DNA from: Gemmatimonadota bacterium
GTDB lineage: Bacteria > Gemmatimonadota > Gemmatimonadetes > Longimicrobiales > Gaopeijiaceae
Direction of reading: 5' to 3'
Length of the DNA: 64,000 nucleotides
Assembly (NCBI GenBank): GCA_034521595.1
Contig: JAXHMG010000003.1
Span: 640,001 to 704,000 of the forward strand
This document shows, one piece after another, positions 52,274-63,400 of this stretch; within the stretch, counting starts at the first letter, position 1; each line of letters starts with the position of its first letter. Position numbers and translations under genes: made by a program. The notes under the pieces were generated by a model. It saw nothing but the letters and a program-made list of their open reading frames with translations. It was not told the origin of the DNA and ran no database searches.

Positions 52274-52550
52274 TAGCGGCCCGTGGTAGAAGTCTGGTGG
52301 CCCGCGCACGAGGGTCTTGCGTGTCGCAGGCAAGGCGGCTTCTTGAAGGCGATGCCGTAGCATCGGCGAAAGGAGCCAACGCCGCATGCGGCCGCAACCC
52401 CCTCGTGCCCTTCGGGTTGGGGCGGCACGGCCCCATCTCCGTCGTTGCCACTCCTCGACGTAGCTTAGGGCTATGCCTTCGTCGTGGCGCCTAGGATCTG
52501 GGGCCGTGGCGCCCCAACGCGGGCCACCAGACTTCTACCACGGGCCGCTA
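52274..52550. mobile_element. MITE-like element copy 2 (277 bp), perfect 33-bp terminal inverted repeats, TA at both ends
   Basis: TAGCGGCCCGTGGTAGAAGTCTGGTGGCCCGCG ... CGCGGGCCACCAGACTTCTACCACGGGCCGCTA; internal nested hairpins. Confidence 0.82.
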
Positions 52551-53045
52551 AGGGTCGGAAGCCCTCCACGACCCCGACCGCCCTCCGTGCTTCTCGAGTA
52601 ACCGGACTCCTTCGATGCGCATGCCGCGGTCCATCGCCTTGACCATGTCGTAGACGGTGAGCAGAGCGACCGACACGGCCGTCAGCGCTTCCATCTCGAC
52701 CCCCGTCCGCCCGGTCACGGTCGCCTGCGACCGCGCCACGATGCTTGGAGGGGTGTCTTCCGGAGTCAGAGTGACCTCGACGGTCGTACCCGGCAGTGGG
52801 TGACACAGGGGAATGAGGTCGGCGGTCCGCTTGCCTCCCATCACTCCCGCGATCTCCGCGACCTGAATCGGGTCGCCCTTCTCGGTGCGGCCCGCCAGCA
52901 CCGCTTCGAGGGTCTCCTCGGCCATGATGATACGCCCTTCGGCGACCGCCCGGCGGACGGTCTCGCCTTTGCCGGAGACATCGACCATGCGTGCGCGTCC
53001 CTCCGCGTCCAGATGCGTGAGCCCGGTGCGTGTATGGTCGGTCAT
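52548..53045 (-). CDS. moaC: cyclic pyranopterin monophosphate synthase MoaC
   Basis: LTHLD..G.ARMVDVS.K, LIPLCHP, TGVEMEALT, YDMVKA, EKHGGRSG. Confidence 0.96.
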   Translation of the reverse strand: MTDHTRTGLTHLDAEGRARMVDVSGKGETVRRAVAEGRIIMAEETLEAVLAGRTEKGDPIQVAEIAGVMGGKRTADLIPLCHPLPGTTVEVTLTPEDTPPSIVARSQATVTGRTGVEMEALTAVSVALLTVYDMVKAMDRGMRIEGVRLLEKHGGRSGSWRASDP

Positions 53046-54208
53046 GATGCGGAACCCCGGAAGGGGGGAAGGAGGGTGTCTCCCAGCTCCTTGACGAGAC
53101 CTGCGACGACCAGTTGCGGGTTGACGTTTCCACGCGCGAGCTCCCGGGCTTTCTCGACGACCGGTAGGGCGCCGGGTACGGCGGGTGCGTGGACGCCACT
53201 TCTCGAGGCGAGCTTGGCCAGCGGCTCGGCGGCATCGTGGTGAAACACGGGTCCGGAGCTCCCAGCGAGGACCGCGCCGAGGTCCCGAATCCACTCGTCC
53301 AGAACGTCCAGCATGGCCAGAAGCCCTCGGGCTCGGGAGGAAGGGTACGCCAAGGCGACCGTATGCGCGTCCGCTCGCTCCCGGTCGAGCGCCGCACGCA
53401 GGATCGCGAACGCCTCCCGTCGCAGCGCGTTCATCGGCTCGTCGTCTTCGTCCTCGTCTTGGGGTAGAAATCCGAGTGCACGCCCGAGGGACCCTCGTGC
53501 GAGCTTCGCGACCGACCGGGCTCGCTCTTCGTCGACGTCGAGCCGGTCCACGAGCACCGACCGCACGGTTCCGTCCGGGAGCGGTCCCAGGTGGAGCGGC
53601 ACCGTCCGGGAACGTACGGTCGGAAGGAGGCTTCCGGGCACACTGCTGGTGAGGATGAAGCGGGCGGATCCGGGCGGTTCCTCGAGAAGCTTGAGGAGTG
53701 CGTTCGCCGCTTCTTGACTGGCTTCCTGTGGGACGAGAAGCTCGGCGTCCCCGATGATGAACACCGGACCTACGGCCATGGATGCCCGCACGTGGGCGCG
53801 CTTCCGGAGGTTCTTGACCGTCCCGATGTAGAGGCCCGTCACGTCCTGGGCTCGCGTCGGTCGGAGGGGTGTTTCCCGGTAGCGCGCGAGCATGTCGTGC
53901 CGGGCGTCCTCGAGCGCGTCGGCGAGCCGGTCCCCCGTCGCCTTGGGGCGCGCAAGCGGCATGTACCAATGGATGTCGGGGTGCTCGAGAGTCAGCAGGA
54001 GCCGACAGCTCTGGCACGTGCCACACGGCCCTTCGTCGAGATCGGGCTTCTCACAGACCGTCAGTTGCGCGATCCACAACGCGAACCGCTGCTTGCCGAC
54101 CCCTTTCGCGCCGTGCAGCAGGAGTGAAGATGGGAGGCGCCCCGCCCCGTACGAGGTGAGGATGGTCCGGCGGGCGTCCGTGTGTCCGAAGAGTGGATGC
54201 AAGCTCAT
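53042..54208 (-). CDS. holB: DNA polymerase III delta-prime subunit
   Basis: LLHGAKGVGK, PCGTCQSC, HPD, AANALLKLLEEP, LLPTVRSR. Confidence 0.88.
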   Translation of the reverse strand: MSLHPLFGHTDARRTILTSYGAGRLPSSLLLHGAKGVGKQRFALWIAQLTVCEKPDLDEGPCGTCQSCRLLLTLEHPDIHWYMPLARPKATGDRLADALEDARHDMLARYRETPLRPTRAQDVTGLYIGTVKNLRKRAHVRASMAVGPVFIIGDAELLVPQEASQEAANALLKLLEEPPGSARFILTSSVPGSLLPTVRSRTVPLHLGPLPDGTVRSVLVDRLDVDEERARSVAKLARGSLGRALGFLPQDEDEDDEPMNALRREAFAILRAALDRERADAHTVALAYPSSRARGLLAMLDVLDEWIRDLGAVLAGSSGPVFHHDAAEPLAKLASRSGVHAPAVPGALPVVEKARELARGNVNPQLVVAGLVKELGDTLLPPFRGSAS

Positions 54209-55434
54209 CCCGATTCCTTCGGTCGTAGCCAGCCCATGGGGTCCTGCGCCTGGGGAGCTCCGGCGCCGGCCGGGGCGCGGATCTGAAACTCGATGTGAGG
54301 GCCTTCGGGGGTTTCCTCCCCTCCGACCGTTCCGACGACCTGGCCGGCTCCGATGTCCCGGCCCTCGACTACGCCGATCTCTTCCAGGTACAGGTAGAGG
54401 GTGTAGATGCCGTCGCCGTGGCTGATGACCACGGTGGGTCCGTATCCTTCGAACGGGCCGGCCATGACCACGGTGCCGGAGCGTACCGCACGGACGGGCG
54501 TGCCGGTGGGCGCCGCGAGACCGATCCCGTTCCAACGCAGGACCGTTCCGTTCGGCCGTTGGTCACGTCCGAATTGGTAGATGATGTCCCCTTTCACCGG
54601 CCAGTCGAGCTGTCCCGCGTCGGCGGAAGTCAGCGTAGGCTCGTCGACCGGGTCCGCCCGGTTCGCTTCGATTTCGCGTCTGCGTGCTTCGAGATCATCG
54701 ATCAAGCCGGTCAGGCGTGCCTCGTCGGCTTCGAGCTCCTCCAGGCGGCTCGCCGTTCGCTGCTCTCTCGACCGGAACTCCTGCAGGGCGGACTGACGCT
54801 CCGACTCCACGGCCCGTAGCTCGGCAACTTCGGAGAGCCGATCACTGCGCAGCGCTCCGAGTTGGGCCATGCGCTGTTGGAGCTCGGCGTTGACCTCGGC
54901 CAGGTCCGACTCCATCTCCTCTACGCGCTCGACCAAGCTTCGGTCGAACTCCGCGATTCGCTGGAGGTAGCGATACCGGTTCAAGAGGTCGGTGAAGGAC
55001 GACGCGCCCAGCAGGACCTGTACCGTGTGGAGGGGCCCCATCTTGTAGATGTCCCGGAGCCGACGGTGAAGGATCGCTTGGCTTTCGGCCAACCGCTCTC
55101 GCGCACGGAGGAGGTTCCGCGTCGTTTCCTCGATCTGTGCCGACGTGAGCTCCGACTGGAACTCGACCTCGGCCAATACCGACCGGGTCGCGGAGAGCCT
55201 CCGCTCCACGTTCGCGAGCTCGGCGGAGACGTCCCGGACGCGGTTGCGGACGTCGCCCATCTCCCGCTCGAGCTCCTCGCGCTCGGCCCGGATTTGTTCG
55301 AGCCGCCGCTGGCTATCCGCGATCTCCGCTCGCAGGTCGCCGGGCTCTTGAGCGGTGAGGCACGGTGCGTAGAGCACCGCCGTGATCCCGACCAGCGCGA
55401 AGCCGAAGATCTCCGCCCTTCGACGGCTCACCAT
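54205..55434 (-). CDS. envC: murein hydrolase activator EnvC (coiled coil + degenerate M23)
   Basis: Signal peptide, long coiled coil, WPVKG, WNGIGL and LYLYL lacking Zn ligands; follows ftsEX. Confidence 0.88.
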   Translation of the reverse strand: MVSRRRAEIFGFALVGITAVLYAPCLTAQEPGDLRAEIADSQRRLEQIRAEREELEREMGDVRNRVRDVSAELANVERRLSATRSVLAEVEFQSELTSAQIEETTRNLLRARERLAESQAILHRRLRDIYKMGPLHTVQVLLGASSFTDLLNRYRYLQRIAEFDRSLVERVEEMESDLAEVNAELQQRMAQLGALRSDRLSEVAELRAVESERQSALQEFRSREQRTASRLEELEADEARLTGLIDDLEARRREIEANRADPVDEPTLTSADAGQLDWPVKGDIIYQFGRDQRPNGTVLRWNGIGLAAPTGTPVRAVRSGTVVMAGPFEGYGPTVVISHGDGIYTLYLYLEEIGVVEGRDIGAGQVVGTVGGEETPEGPHIEFQIRAPAGAGAPQAQDPMGWLRPKESG

Positions 55435-56288
55435 CAGATCTCCCTCAAGTGCCGCCGGATCGCGAGAGCGCTGGAGACCACTCCTAACGCGACGCCGGAT
55501 CCGACTCCGATCAGGATCCAGCCTTCCGGAATCCAGGCGATCTCGAAGAGGGACACATACACGGCGCGGTAGGTCGCATAGGTGAGCCCCCAGGCGATCA
55601 AGCCTCCGATCAATCCGGTGATCGCCCCTTCCAGGAGGAAAGGGCGGCGGATGAAACCGTTCCGTGCTCCGACCAGGCGCATGACGTAAATCTCGTCCCG
55701 CCGTGCGAAAATCGCGATGCGTAGCGCGGTAGCGATGATGAGCGCCGCGACCGCTGCGAACGTACCACCCAACACGGCGGTTGCTCCGGCGCCGACCCGA
55801 CGCAGCGTGAAGAGCCGGTCCACCCACTCACGCCCATACCGCGCGTCCTCCACGAACGGATACGCCATGGCCGCTTCCGCGATCCGATCCACGGCGTCGG
55901 GGCTTCGCGAGTCCGGCTGTAGCTCCACCTCGAGCGACTGTGGCAGCGGATTCACCGCCAGGTCGGAGAAGAGCTCTCCGAAGTCGGGTAGATCCTCTCG
56001 AGCTCGCTCCAGAGCATCCCGTTTCGAAACGTAGCGCACGGACCTCACACCCTCCGTCGCGGAGAGCTCACGCAACGCCAGATCGATCTCTTCCTGGCGG
56101 GTGTCGTCCCGGAGGTAGGCGACGACCTCCACACGCTCCTCGATGGCGGAGAGGGCCATTTCCAGGTTGTAGGCGGCCAGGCCGAAGAGTCCGACGACCA
56201 GGAGGGCGAGCCCCACCATGGCGGACGAAAGCCCGGTGAGCAGGGGCGCGCGTCGGAACGCGGCGATGGCTTCCCTCAGGGCGTGCAC
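55434..56288 (-). CDS. ftsX: cell division permease FtsX
   Basis: YVSKRDAL, NPLP, ARRDEIYVMRLVGA...IRRPFLLEG. Confidence 0.93.
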   Translation of the reverse strand: MHALREAIAAFRRAPLLTGLSSAMVGLALLVVGLFGLAAYNLEMALSAIEERVEVVAYLRDDTRQEEIDLALRELSATEGVRSVRYVSKRDALERAREDLPDFGELFSDLAVNPLPQSLEVELQPDSRSPDAVDRIAEAAMAYPFVEDARYGREWVDRLFTLRRVGAGATAVLGGTFAAVAALIIATALRIAIFARRDEIYVMRLVGARNGFIRRPFLLEGAITGLIGGLIAWGLTYATYRAVYVSLFEIAWIPEGWILIGVGSGVALGVVSSALAIRRHLREI

Positions 56289-56291
56289 GCC

Positions 56292-56969
56292 TCAGCTCTC
56301 GGACGGGTGGGAGTCGTACACCAGCCGGCCGTCGTCCAGCTCGGCCACACGCGCATGATCGTACCTTCCCACGACCCCCATGTCGTGGGTGGCCATGACG
56401 ACCGCGGTGCCGCTCGTGTTGATCTCCCAGAACAGATCCAGGATCCCACGGGTGGCACGATCGTCGAGGTTTCCGGTCGGCTCGTCCGCGAGCAGCACGT
56501 AGGGTTCGTTGGCGAGCGCTCGAGCGATCGCGACTCGCTGTTGCTCTCCTCCCGAGAGCTCGTGCACGAGTGCCCCCAGCTTGGGGGACAATCCAACCTG
56601 TGAGAGAAGGCGTTGGGCGCGTGGCACGATCTCGCTGCGCTTCGTGCCGGTCACCTCGAGGGCGAACGCGACGTTCTCCATCGCGGTTCGTCCCGGAAGG
56701 AGCCGGAAATCCTGGAAGACGAAGCCCACTCGCCGGCGCACCTTCCAGATCTCCCGGTCGCTGATACGCTCCGACGAGTAGCCGCCCACGCGCACCTCAC
56801 CTTCGGAGGGCCGGGTCGCCATGTGGATCAACCGCATGGTCGTGGATTTCCCCGAGCCGGAGTGACCCGTGAGGAACACGAACTCACCCTTCTTCACGTG
56901 AAGGGATACGTCGCGGAGCGCGTAGCCACGCTTGGCGTACTCCTTCGAGACGTTCGTGAGCTTGATCAC
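56292..56969 (-). CDS. ftsE: cell division ATP-binding protein FtsE
   Basis: GHSGSGKST, VFQDFRLL, LSGGEQQRVAIARA, ADEPTGNLD. Confidence 0.95.
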   Translation of the reverse strand: MIKLTNVSKEYAKRGYALRDVSLHVKKGEFVFLTGHSGSGKSTTMRLIHMATRPSEGEVRVGGYSSERISDREIWKVRRRVGFVFQDFRLLPGRTAMENVAFALEVTGTKRSEIVPRAQRLLSQVGLSPKLGALVHELSGGEQQRVAIARALANEPYVLLADEPTGNLDDRATRGILDLFWEINTSGTAVVMATHDMGVVGRYDHARVAELDDGRLVYDSHPSES

Positions 56970-57017
56970 CGGATCGGGCTGGAGGCGGGCGTGAGCACCT
57001 TGTTCCGGGACGGAAGA

Positions 57018-57986
57018 TTAGACATGCCCGGAACCCCTGTCAAAACGGAACCGAGTTCGCGCCAGCCGCACGGCGAGGCGCATCGCCTCCTCCATGGACG
57101 AGGAATCGGCCCGTCCGGAGCCCGCGATGTCGAATGCCGTGCCGTGGTCGGGTGACGTGCGCACGAAGGGGAGTCCCAGCGTCACGTTCACGCCCGTTCC
57201 GAAGCAGACCGTCTTGAAGGCTGCCATTCCGACGTCGTGATAGGGGGCCACCACCGCGTCGAAGCTCCCCGCGAGCGCTCGCTGGAACACGGTGTCCGCA
57301 GGCACGGGGCCAGTGACGTCGACCCGATCGGTCCGGAGTCGCTCCAGCGCGGGTGCGTAGACGCGAGCCTCTTCATCCCCGAACAGCCCCCCGTCCGACG
57401 CGTGCGGGTTCATGGCGCACAGGGCGATTCGGGGTTCCGGAATGCCCCAGTCTTCCCGGAGCCCCCTTGCGAGCAGGTTCGCTTGCTCCACGAGGAGATC
57501 CTCGGTGAGGTGCGCCGGTACCTCGGCGAGCCCGATGTGCGTGGTCGCCAGCAGGACTCGGAGCGGTGCATCGAGCCGCGTCTTCTCGGCGGCCATGAGC
57601 ATTCCGACGTGGGGGACCCCGGCGAGATCCCTCAGCATCTCGGTGTGACCGGGGACCGTGCGACCGGCCGCGTGGAGCGACGGTTTGTGCAGGGGAGCCG
57701 TGACGATTCCATGGATCTCCCCCTTCAGGGCCAGGGACACCGCGTATTCGATCGCTTCCGCGGCGATGCGGCCTGCAGCTCGGTCGTCCTCGACCGACTC
57801 GGGTAGCCATGCTCCAGAGTCTGCTTCCGAGTCCGACCAAGCCGGATCGACGAGCGTCTGTTCGGGCCCGATCAACACCGGCGCGAAATCCAGCTCCTCC
57901 CGCATCAACGTTCTCAGCGCTTTGCGGGTTACCTCCGGGCCGATCCCTCGAGGGTCACCCGGGGTGATGGCGATCCGCGGCCGCAT
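57018..57986 (-). CDS. pdxA: 4-hydroxythreonine-4-phosphate dehydrogenase
   Basis: GDPRGIGPE, PGHTE, TTHI, NPHA, YHD, RTSPDHGTAFDIAG. Confidence 0.95.
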   Translation of the reverse strand: MRPRIAITPGDPRGIGPEVTRKALRTLMREELDFAPVLIGPEQTLVDPAWSDSEADSGAWLPESVEDDRAAGRIAAEAIEYAVSLALKGEIHGIVTAPLHKPSLHAAGRTVPGHTEMLRDLAGVPHVGMLMAAEKTRLDAPLRVLLATTHIGLAEVPAHLTEDLLVEQANLLARGLREDWGIPEPRIALCAMNPHASDGGLFGDEEARVYAPALERLRTDRVDVTGPVPADTVFQRALAGSFDAVVAPYHDVGMAAFKTVCFGTGVNVTLGLPFVRTSPDHGTAFDIAGSGRADSSSMEEAMRLAVRLARTRFRFDRGSGHV

Positions 57987-58002
57987 GGGAGGCTCTACGA
58001 CG

Positions 58003-59310
58003 CTACCTCAGGATCTCGATATGGGTCCGCTGCCGCAGCTCTTCGATGACGCGGTCGAGCCGCCGCTCCTGTTGCACCTGGCTCGCGATCTGACCGCGGA
58101 CGTCCTCGAAGGTGTAGGTTCCCGCCTCACGGATCCGCTCCACCTTGATCACGGCGAACCGGGTGTCGGCTTGGCCTTCGTACTCCACCGGGCCCAACAC
58201 CTCGCCCTCGCTGGCGCCGCGAAGGACCTCGTATTCGGGGGGAAGCTCCCCGAGTTGATCGAACGAGACGGTCAGGGAATCGGGTGCTGCGGGGTCGGAA
58301 TACTCCTGGTAGAGGGAATCCATCGACGCCCCTGCCTGGGCATCGGTGGTGATCGATTCGGCAAGCGTGCGCGCCCGCTCTATATCGCGGTCGGTCTTCT
58401 CGGGCACGATCAGGATGTGCCGCCCCTGACGCTCACCGGGTCGGGTGCGTTCCACCTTGATGATGTGGAATCCGAACTCCGTCTCCACGACCTGGCTCAC
58501 CGCCCCTGCGGGAAGGGAGAACGCCGCGTCTTCGAACTCCTGCACCATCCGTCCGCGCCGGAACCACCCGAGGTCGCCTCCGAGCTCGGCCGATCCCGGG
58601 TCGTCCGAGTACCGGCGCGCGAGTTGGGCGAAATCCTCCCCATCCCGAATCCGCTGGAGAAGATCCTCGGCGAGGGCTTCCGCTTCCGCACGAGCTTCCT
58701 CGGAGGCCTCCGGAATGATCACTACCTGGTGGAACGTCAGCGAGCGGGGCCGCTGCTGCATCTGTGTCCGGGCTTGCTCGAACCGTGCCCGGAGCTCGTC
58801 GTCGGAGACGTCCACGGGCCTCGAGTCCTGCATTTGACGCTGCATGAACATCTGCTGGATCTGCTGCTGACGCGCCTGGGTCGTGAGGATGTCACGGTAT
58901 TCGGCGAGCGTCAGGCCCTCCGAAGCCAGGGCTTGGGTGAGTGCGCCGCGTCCGCCCATCGACTCGATCACCTGGTTGATCTGCTGGGAGACCCTTTGAT
59001 CGATGGTCGCGTCGTCCGGAGCGATCAACGTGTCGCGGGCCGCCGCCTGCAGCACCAGCACCCGGTTGATCCAGGAGTCGAGGATCCCGTCGAAGAAATC
59101 TTCGTAGGCCGGATCGCTCTCGTCGGGCACTGGAGCGTCCTGGAGGCGCATCCGTTGGATCTCTTCCTCGATCTGGGATTGGAGGACGACCGAATCCCCC
59201 ACGATCGCGAGCACTCGGTCCACGACGGCGTCGCCGGACGCGAGTTGGGACGTGGCGGGCGTCGCCACGAGGGCGAGCAACAGGACGGTAAAAAGCGAGC
59301 GTTTCAACAT
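58003..59310 (-). CDS. surA: SurA-like periplasmic chaperone/PPIase
   Basis: Signal peptide, [11 protein letters not shown], parvulin [24 protein letters not shown]...FGFHIIKV; upstream of pdxA. Confidence 0.9.
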   Translation of the reverse strand: MLKRSLFTVLLLALVATPATSQLASGDAVVDRVLAIVGDSVVLQSQIEEEIQRMRLQDAPVPDESDPAYEDFFDGILDSWINRVLVLQAAARDTLIAPDDATIDQRVSQQINQVIESMGGRGALTQALASEGLTLAEYRDILTTQARQQQIQQMFMQRQMQDSRPVDVSDDELRARFEQARTQMQQRPRSLTFHQVVIIPEASEEARAEAEALAEDLLQRIRDGEDFAQLARRYSDDPGSAELGGDLGWFRRGRMVQEFEDAAFSLPAGAVSQVVETEFGFHIIKVERTRPGERQGRHILIVPEKTDRDIERARTLAESITTDAQAGASMDSLYQEYSDPAAPDSLTVSFDQLGELPPEYEVLRGASEGEVLGPVEYEGQADTRFAVIKVERIREAGTYTFEDVRGQIASQVQQERRLDRVIEELRQRTHIEILR

Positions 59311-59362
59311 GGCGACTCGTAACCCTTCGCGAACGGAGGTGTTCCGGCTGAGACGTTTCGGC

Positions 59363-60445
59363 TCATGAGCTGATCGAATCCACTTCGGACGGAGCCTCGA
59401 TGGGTGGGTTGCCCTCGGAGGAGGTACCGCGACCCGCGCGGATGCGACCGAGCTCGAGCACCGCGCGACCGACCCCGGCGTTGAGGATGGCGTGGGCCGC
59501 GTCGGACCGCAGTTGGTAGGAGAGGGGGCCGAGTGCAAGCGCCGGGGCGGCGCCCGAGAGGTTCCTGCCCAGCGCTTCCCGGACGGCTCTCGCGATAGCC
59601 GACTCCAGGTCCTCGCCGGGTGCCCGGTCGAGAGGGAGCAGGCCGAGACGCCGCGCCGAGGTCTCGATCTCCTCCGCGAAGGAGGCCGCGAGGGAGTCGG
59701 CGTGCCCGGCCGGGGGCTCGAAGCCGGACGCCCGGGCCTCGGCGAGTAGGAGCTCGCGTCGCGCGAGAGACATCAAGAACGTCTCGAGCGTCTCCACCTG
59801 ACTCCCTGCGACCTGCTCACGCAACGATTCGGGCTCCTGCTGGAGGAGCGTCAGCAGGCGCGCGGCCGTGAGGCCGCCCGTATCCCACTCGACCAGCGTT
59901 CTCCGGGCGGCCCGTCCGGAGAGGCGACCGGACGGGTTCGCCGCGAGCTCACGGGCGAGGCTCGGGGCATCCTCGGACATGGTCAACCCGCCGGCTCGGG
60001 CCTCCACATCGGACACGAACGTAGATTCGGCCTCTTGGAGGCGCTCTCGTTGTAGTTGCGCACGGAGTTGGGGCGCGATCTCGTCGTCCGTCACCGCCGT
60101 ATCGGCCATCATCGCCGAATCGCGAAGCGTGACGAGCATGTCCCGATCCATGCGAGCACGGACCATCGGGGCGAAATCGAGGAAGGCGAGGGTCGAGTCT
60201 TCCGCTGCTGCGCGCGCCAGCAGTGTGTAGTCGATCCACAAGTCGGCGACTGCTTCCACCACGTCGGCGCTCGCCGGCATGTCCTCGTGGTCGGCAAGGA
60301 GCGCGACCAGGTCTTCGGCGGAAAGCGCGGTACCGTTCACGCGAGCCACGACGTCGCCGCCGTTGGAGGGCTGATCACCCGAGCAGGCGCCGAGGACGAA
60401 GACGAGGAGGATCCGGAAGGAGGATCGTCGGGAGAGGAGGCTCAT
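59363..60445 (-). CDS. PrsA/SurA_N-like lipoprotein apparently lacking the parvulin domain
   Basis: LGAC lipobox, [29 protein letters not shown]; no GGDLG/FG.H motifs. Confidence 0.6.
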   Translation of the reverse strand: MSLLSRRSSFRILLVFVLGACSGDQPSNGGDVVARVNGTALSAEDLVALLADHEDMPASADVVEAVADLWIDYTLLARAAAEDSTLAFLDFAPMVRARMDRDMLVTLRDSAMMADTAVTDDEIAPQLRAQLQRERLQEAESTFVSDVEARAGGLTMSEDAPSLARELAANPSGRLSGRAARRTLVEWDTGGLTAARLLTLLQQEPESLREQVAGSQVETLETFLMSLARRELLLAEARASGFEPPAGHADSLAASFAEEIETSARRLGLLPLDRAPGEDLESAIARAVREALGRNLSGAAPALALGPLSYQLRSDAAHAILNAGVGRAVLELGRIRAGRGTSSEGNPPIEAPSEVDSISS

Positions 60446-60475
60446 GGACGGACGACTCGATGCTCGTGGTTCGGT

Positions 60476-63400
60476 TCAGGCGGCCGCGGACCGGGCCGAG
60501 CGAAGGGTCTCGAGCGCGATCGTGACGGTTTCCATGATGGGTTCCGAGCCGACGCGCTCGAGCTGCACGGACAACGGGCTCATCCGGAGCACCTCGGCGT
60601 GGGCCTGGCGTTTCCGAAGCGGGCCTTCGAGCACCGTCAGCTTCGGGACCACCCCCTCGCGGAAGGTGATCCGCGCGGAACCCTCGCGAACGAGGATCCG
60701 TTCCACGCCCAACGTGCGTCCGAGCACCCGGAGTAGGGTTGCATCGAGCATCCGGACGGCTTCGTCCGGGAGGGCGCCGAAGCGGTCCGCCAACTCCTCG
60801 CGTACGGCTTCGACTTCGTCCGGTCGCTCCACTTTCGAGAGGCGGCGATACAGGTGCAGCTTCTGACTCTCGTCGGCGATGTAGTCGTCGGGCAGGAGCG
60901 TCGCACCGGGCAACGACACGTCCGGATCCGACCAGCTCTCGGTGGACTCTCCGCTCTTGAGGCGATCGACCGTCTTGTGGAGCAGCCGCATGTACGCGTC
61001 GAGGCCGATCTGGTTCGCGAACCCGGACTGGTCCGCCCCCAGCAGGTTTCCCGCGCCGCGGAGCTCCAAGTCACGAAGCGCCACCGCATACCCCGAGCCG
61101 AGCTCCGTGTAGTGCTCGAGGACTCGAAGGCGACGCTCGGCGTCGTCCGTGACGTTCTCCGGGACGATGAGGTAACAGTACGCGCGCCGGTCCGAGCGTC
61201 CGACGCGGCCTCGGATCTGGTAGAGCTGTGAGAGCCCGAATCGGTCGGCGGCGTCCACGATGAGCGTGTTGGCGTTCGGCACGTCGAGGCCGTTCTCGAT
61301 GATCGACGAGCAGACGAGGATGTCCAGCTCTCCGTCGACGAAGGCGCGCATGACCTCGTCCAACTCGCCGCTCGCCATCTGTCCGTGGGCTACCCCCGTG
61401 CGCGCTTCGGGCACCAGGGCACGGATCTCTTCGGCGATCGTGTAGATCGTCTCGATCCGGTTGTGGAGGAAGAAGGCTTGTCCGCCACGGTCGAGCTCCC
61501 GGTGCAGCGCTTCGGCGAGGAGGTGGTCGGACCACGGGAGCACGTGCGTGAAGACGGGCATGCGGTCCCGTGGCGGCGTGCGGATGAGGGAGAGGTCTCG
61601 AATCCCCGACAGGGAGAGATAGAGCGTCCTCGGAATGGGTGTCGCCGTGAGAGTCAGGACGTCGATGGAGGAGCGAAGCTTCTTGAGGCGCTCCTTGTGC
61701 TTCACACCGAACCTCTGCTCCTCGTCCACGATGAGGAGGCCGAGGTCGCGGAAGACGACATCCTCGGAGAGCAATCGATGGGTCCCGATGACGATGTCGA
61801 GTGACCCTTCGGCTGCGGCGGCCAACAGGTCCCGTCGTTCCGCCGCCGAGCGAAAGCGGCTCAACGACCCGATGCGGACCGGGTAATCGGCGAGGCGCTC
61901 CTCGAACGTGTGCCGGTGCTGCTCCGCCAGGATCGTCGTCGGCGCCAGCACGGCGACCTGCTTGCCGTCCTGGACCGCCTTGAACGCGGCTCGGATGGCG
62001 ACCTCCGTCTTCCCGTAGCCCACGTCTCCGCAGACCAGCCGGTCCATCGGCTTCGCGGACTCCATGTCCCGCTTCACGTCTTCCGCCGCCTGCCGTTGAT
62101 CCGGGGTGTCCTCGTAGAGAAACGAGGATTCCATTTCCATCTGCCAACGGGTGTCGGGAGAGAAGGCGTAGCCCGAAGCGTCCTCACGCTGAGCATAGAG
62201 CTCCAGGAGCTCGGTCGTCATCTGTTCGATGACCTGTTCGGTCTTGCGCCGCAGCGTCTTCCATCGCTTCCCGCCGATACGGTGGAGCGCCGCCGGACGG
62301 GCATCGTCTGTGGCGCCCACCCACCGTTCGATGAGATCGAGCCGGTAGACCGGGAGGCGGAGGACCTCGCCTCCCGCGTACTCGATGGCAAGGACCTCGA
62401 TCTCTTCCCCGGCGACGTCGATATGCTCGAGGCCGACGAAGCGTCCGATGCCGTGGTCCATGTGGACTACATGGTCGCCGGGAGTGAGCTGTGCCAAGCT
62501 CTCGAGCGCGACCGCTCCGCGGAACCGGCGGCTCCGGCGCACGCGCCGGGGCCGCCGGAAGATCTCGTGATCGTTGAGCACACGGAGGGGCGAGGCGCCA
62601 CAGCGGAGCTCGAAGCCCTCCTGGAGCGAGCCGAGGGCCACCCTGGTGCCCTCCGGGATACGCTCGACTCCGCCCAGGATCTCCTCCAGGCGTTGGAGCT
62701 GGCCGTCGTTGTCACAGAGCAGAAGCGTTTCCGCGTCGTCGCGGGCGCCGTCCGTCAGGTACGACTCCAGTCGACCCATGTCCCGATCGATCGCCGGTGG
62801 TGCGGAAGATGGCAGGACGTGCTCGGCGCTCTCGTTCTCGCTGAGCACCAGGCGGGGCATGGCGTCCATCAAGCGTGCCATCTCTTCCGGCGGCACGAAC
62901 AGAGTCTCGGGACGGGGGACGGCGGCACCGGACTCGACCAGATCGTCATGGAGCGTGTTGACGCGTCCCCACGTTTGACCGGCTTCCTCGGTGAGCGTCC
63001 AATCACCGTGTCTCGTCAGAACCGCATCGCCGGGCAGAAGCTCGAGGAGCGAGCGGGTCACGGTATGTTCGCCTTCCGTTTCGGATCGGCGGAAGTCCAC
63101 GGGGAGCACGTGGGCCTCGCTCAGCGTTCCGGTCGAGCGCTGATCGAGCAGATCGAAGGTCCGGATGGATGCGATCTGATCCCCCCAGAACTCGAAGCGG
63201 ACCGGCTCGCCGGCCGCTACCGAAAAGAGGTCGAGAATCCCTCCCCGGACCGCGAACTGGCCCACTTCCTCCACGAGCGGAACGCGCTCGAATCCCCAGG
63301 ACTCGAGCTGCTCCAGCAATTCCGTGAAGTCGATTTCGTCTTCGAGGCGAAGCGTCCGGCGCACGTCCGCGAGGTCCGAGGGGACCGGCATGCGTTCCTG

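Noticed and set aside
52548-55827. Long N-terminal extensions or fusions on moaC, holB and envC suggested by the ORF track
   Set aside because: The extensions are alternative frames of the upstream genes; the real starts overlap upstream stops (ATGA-type coupling).
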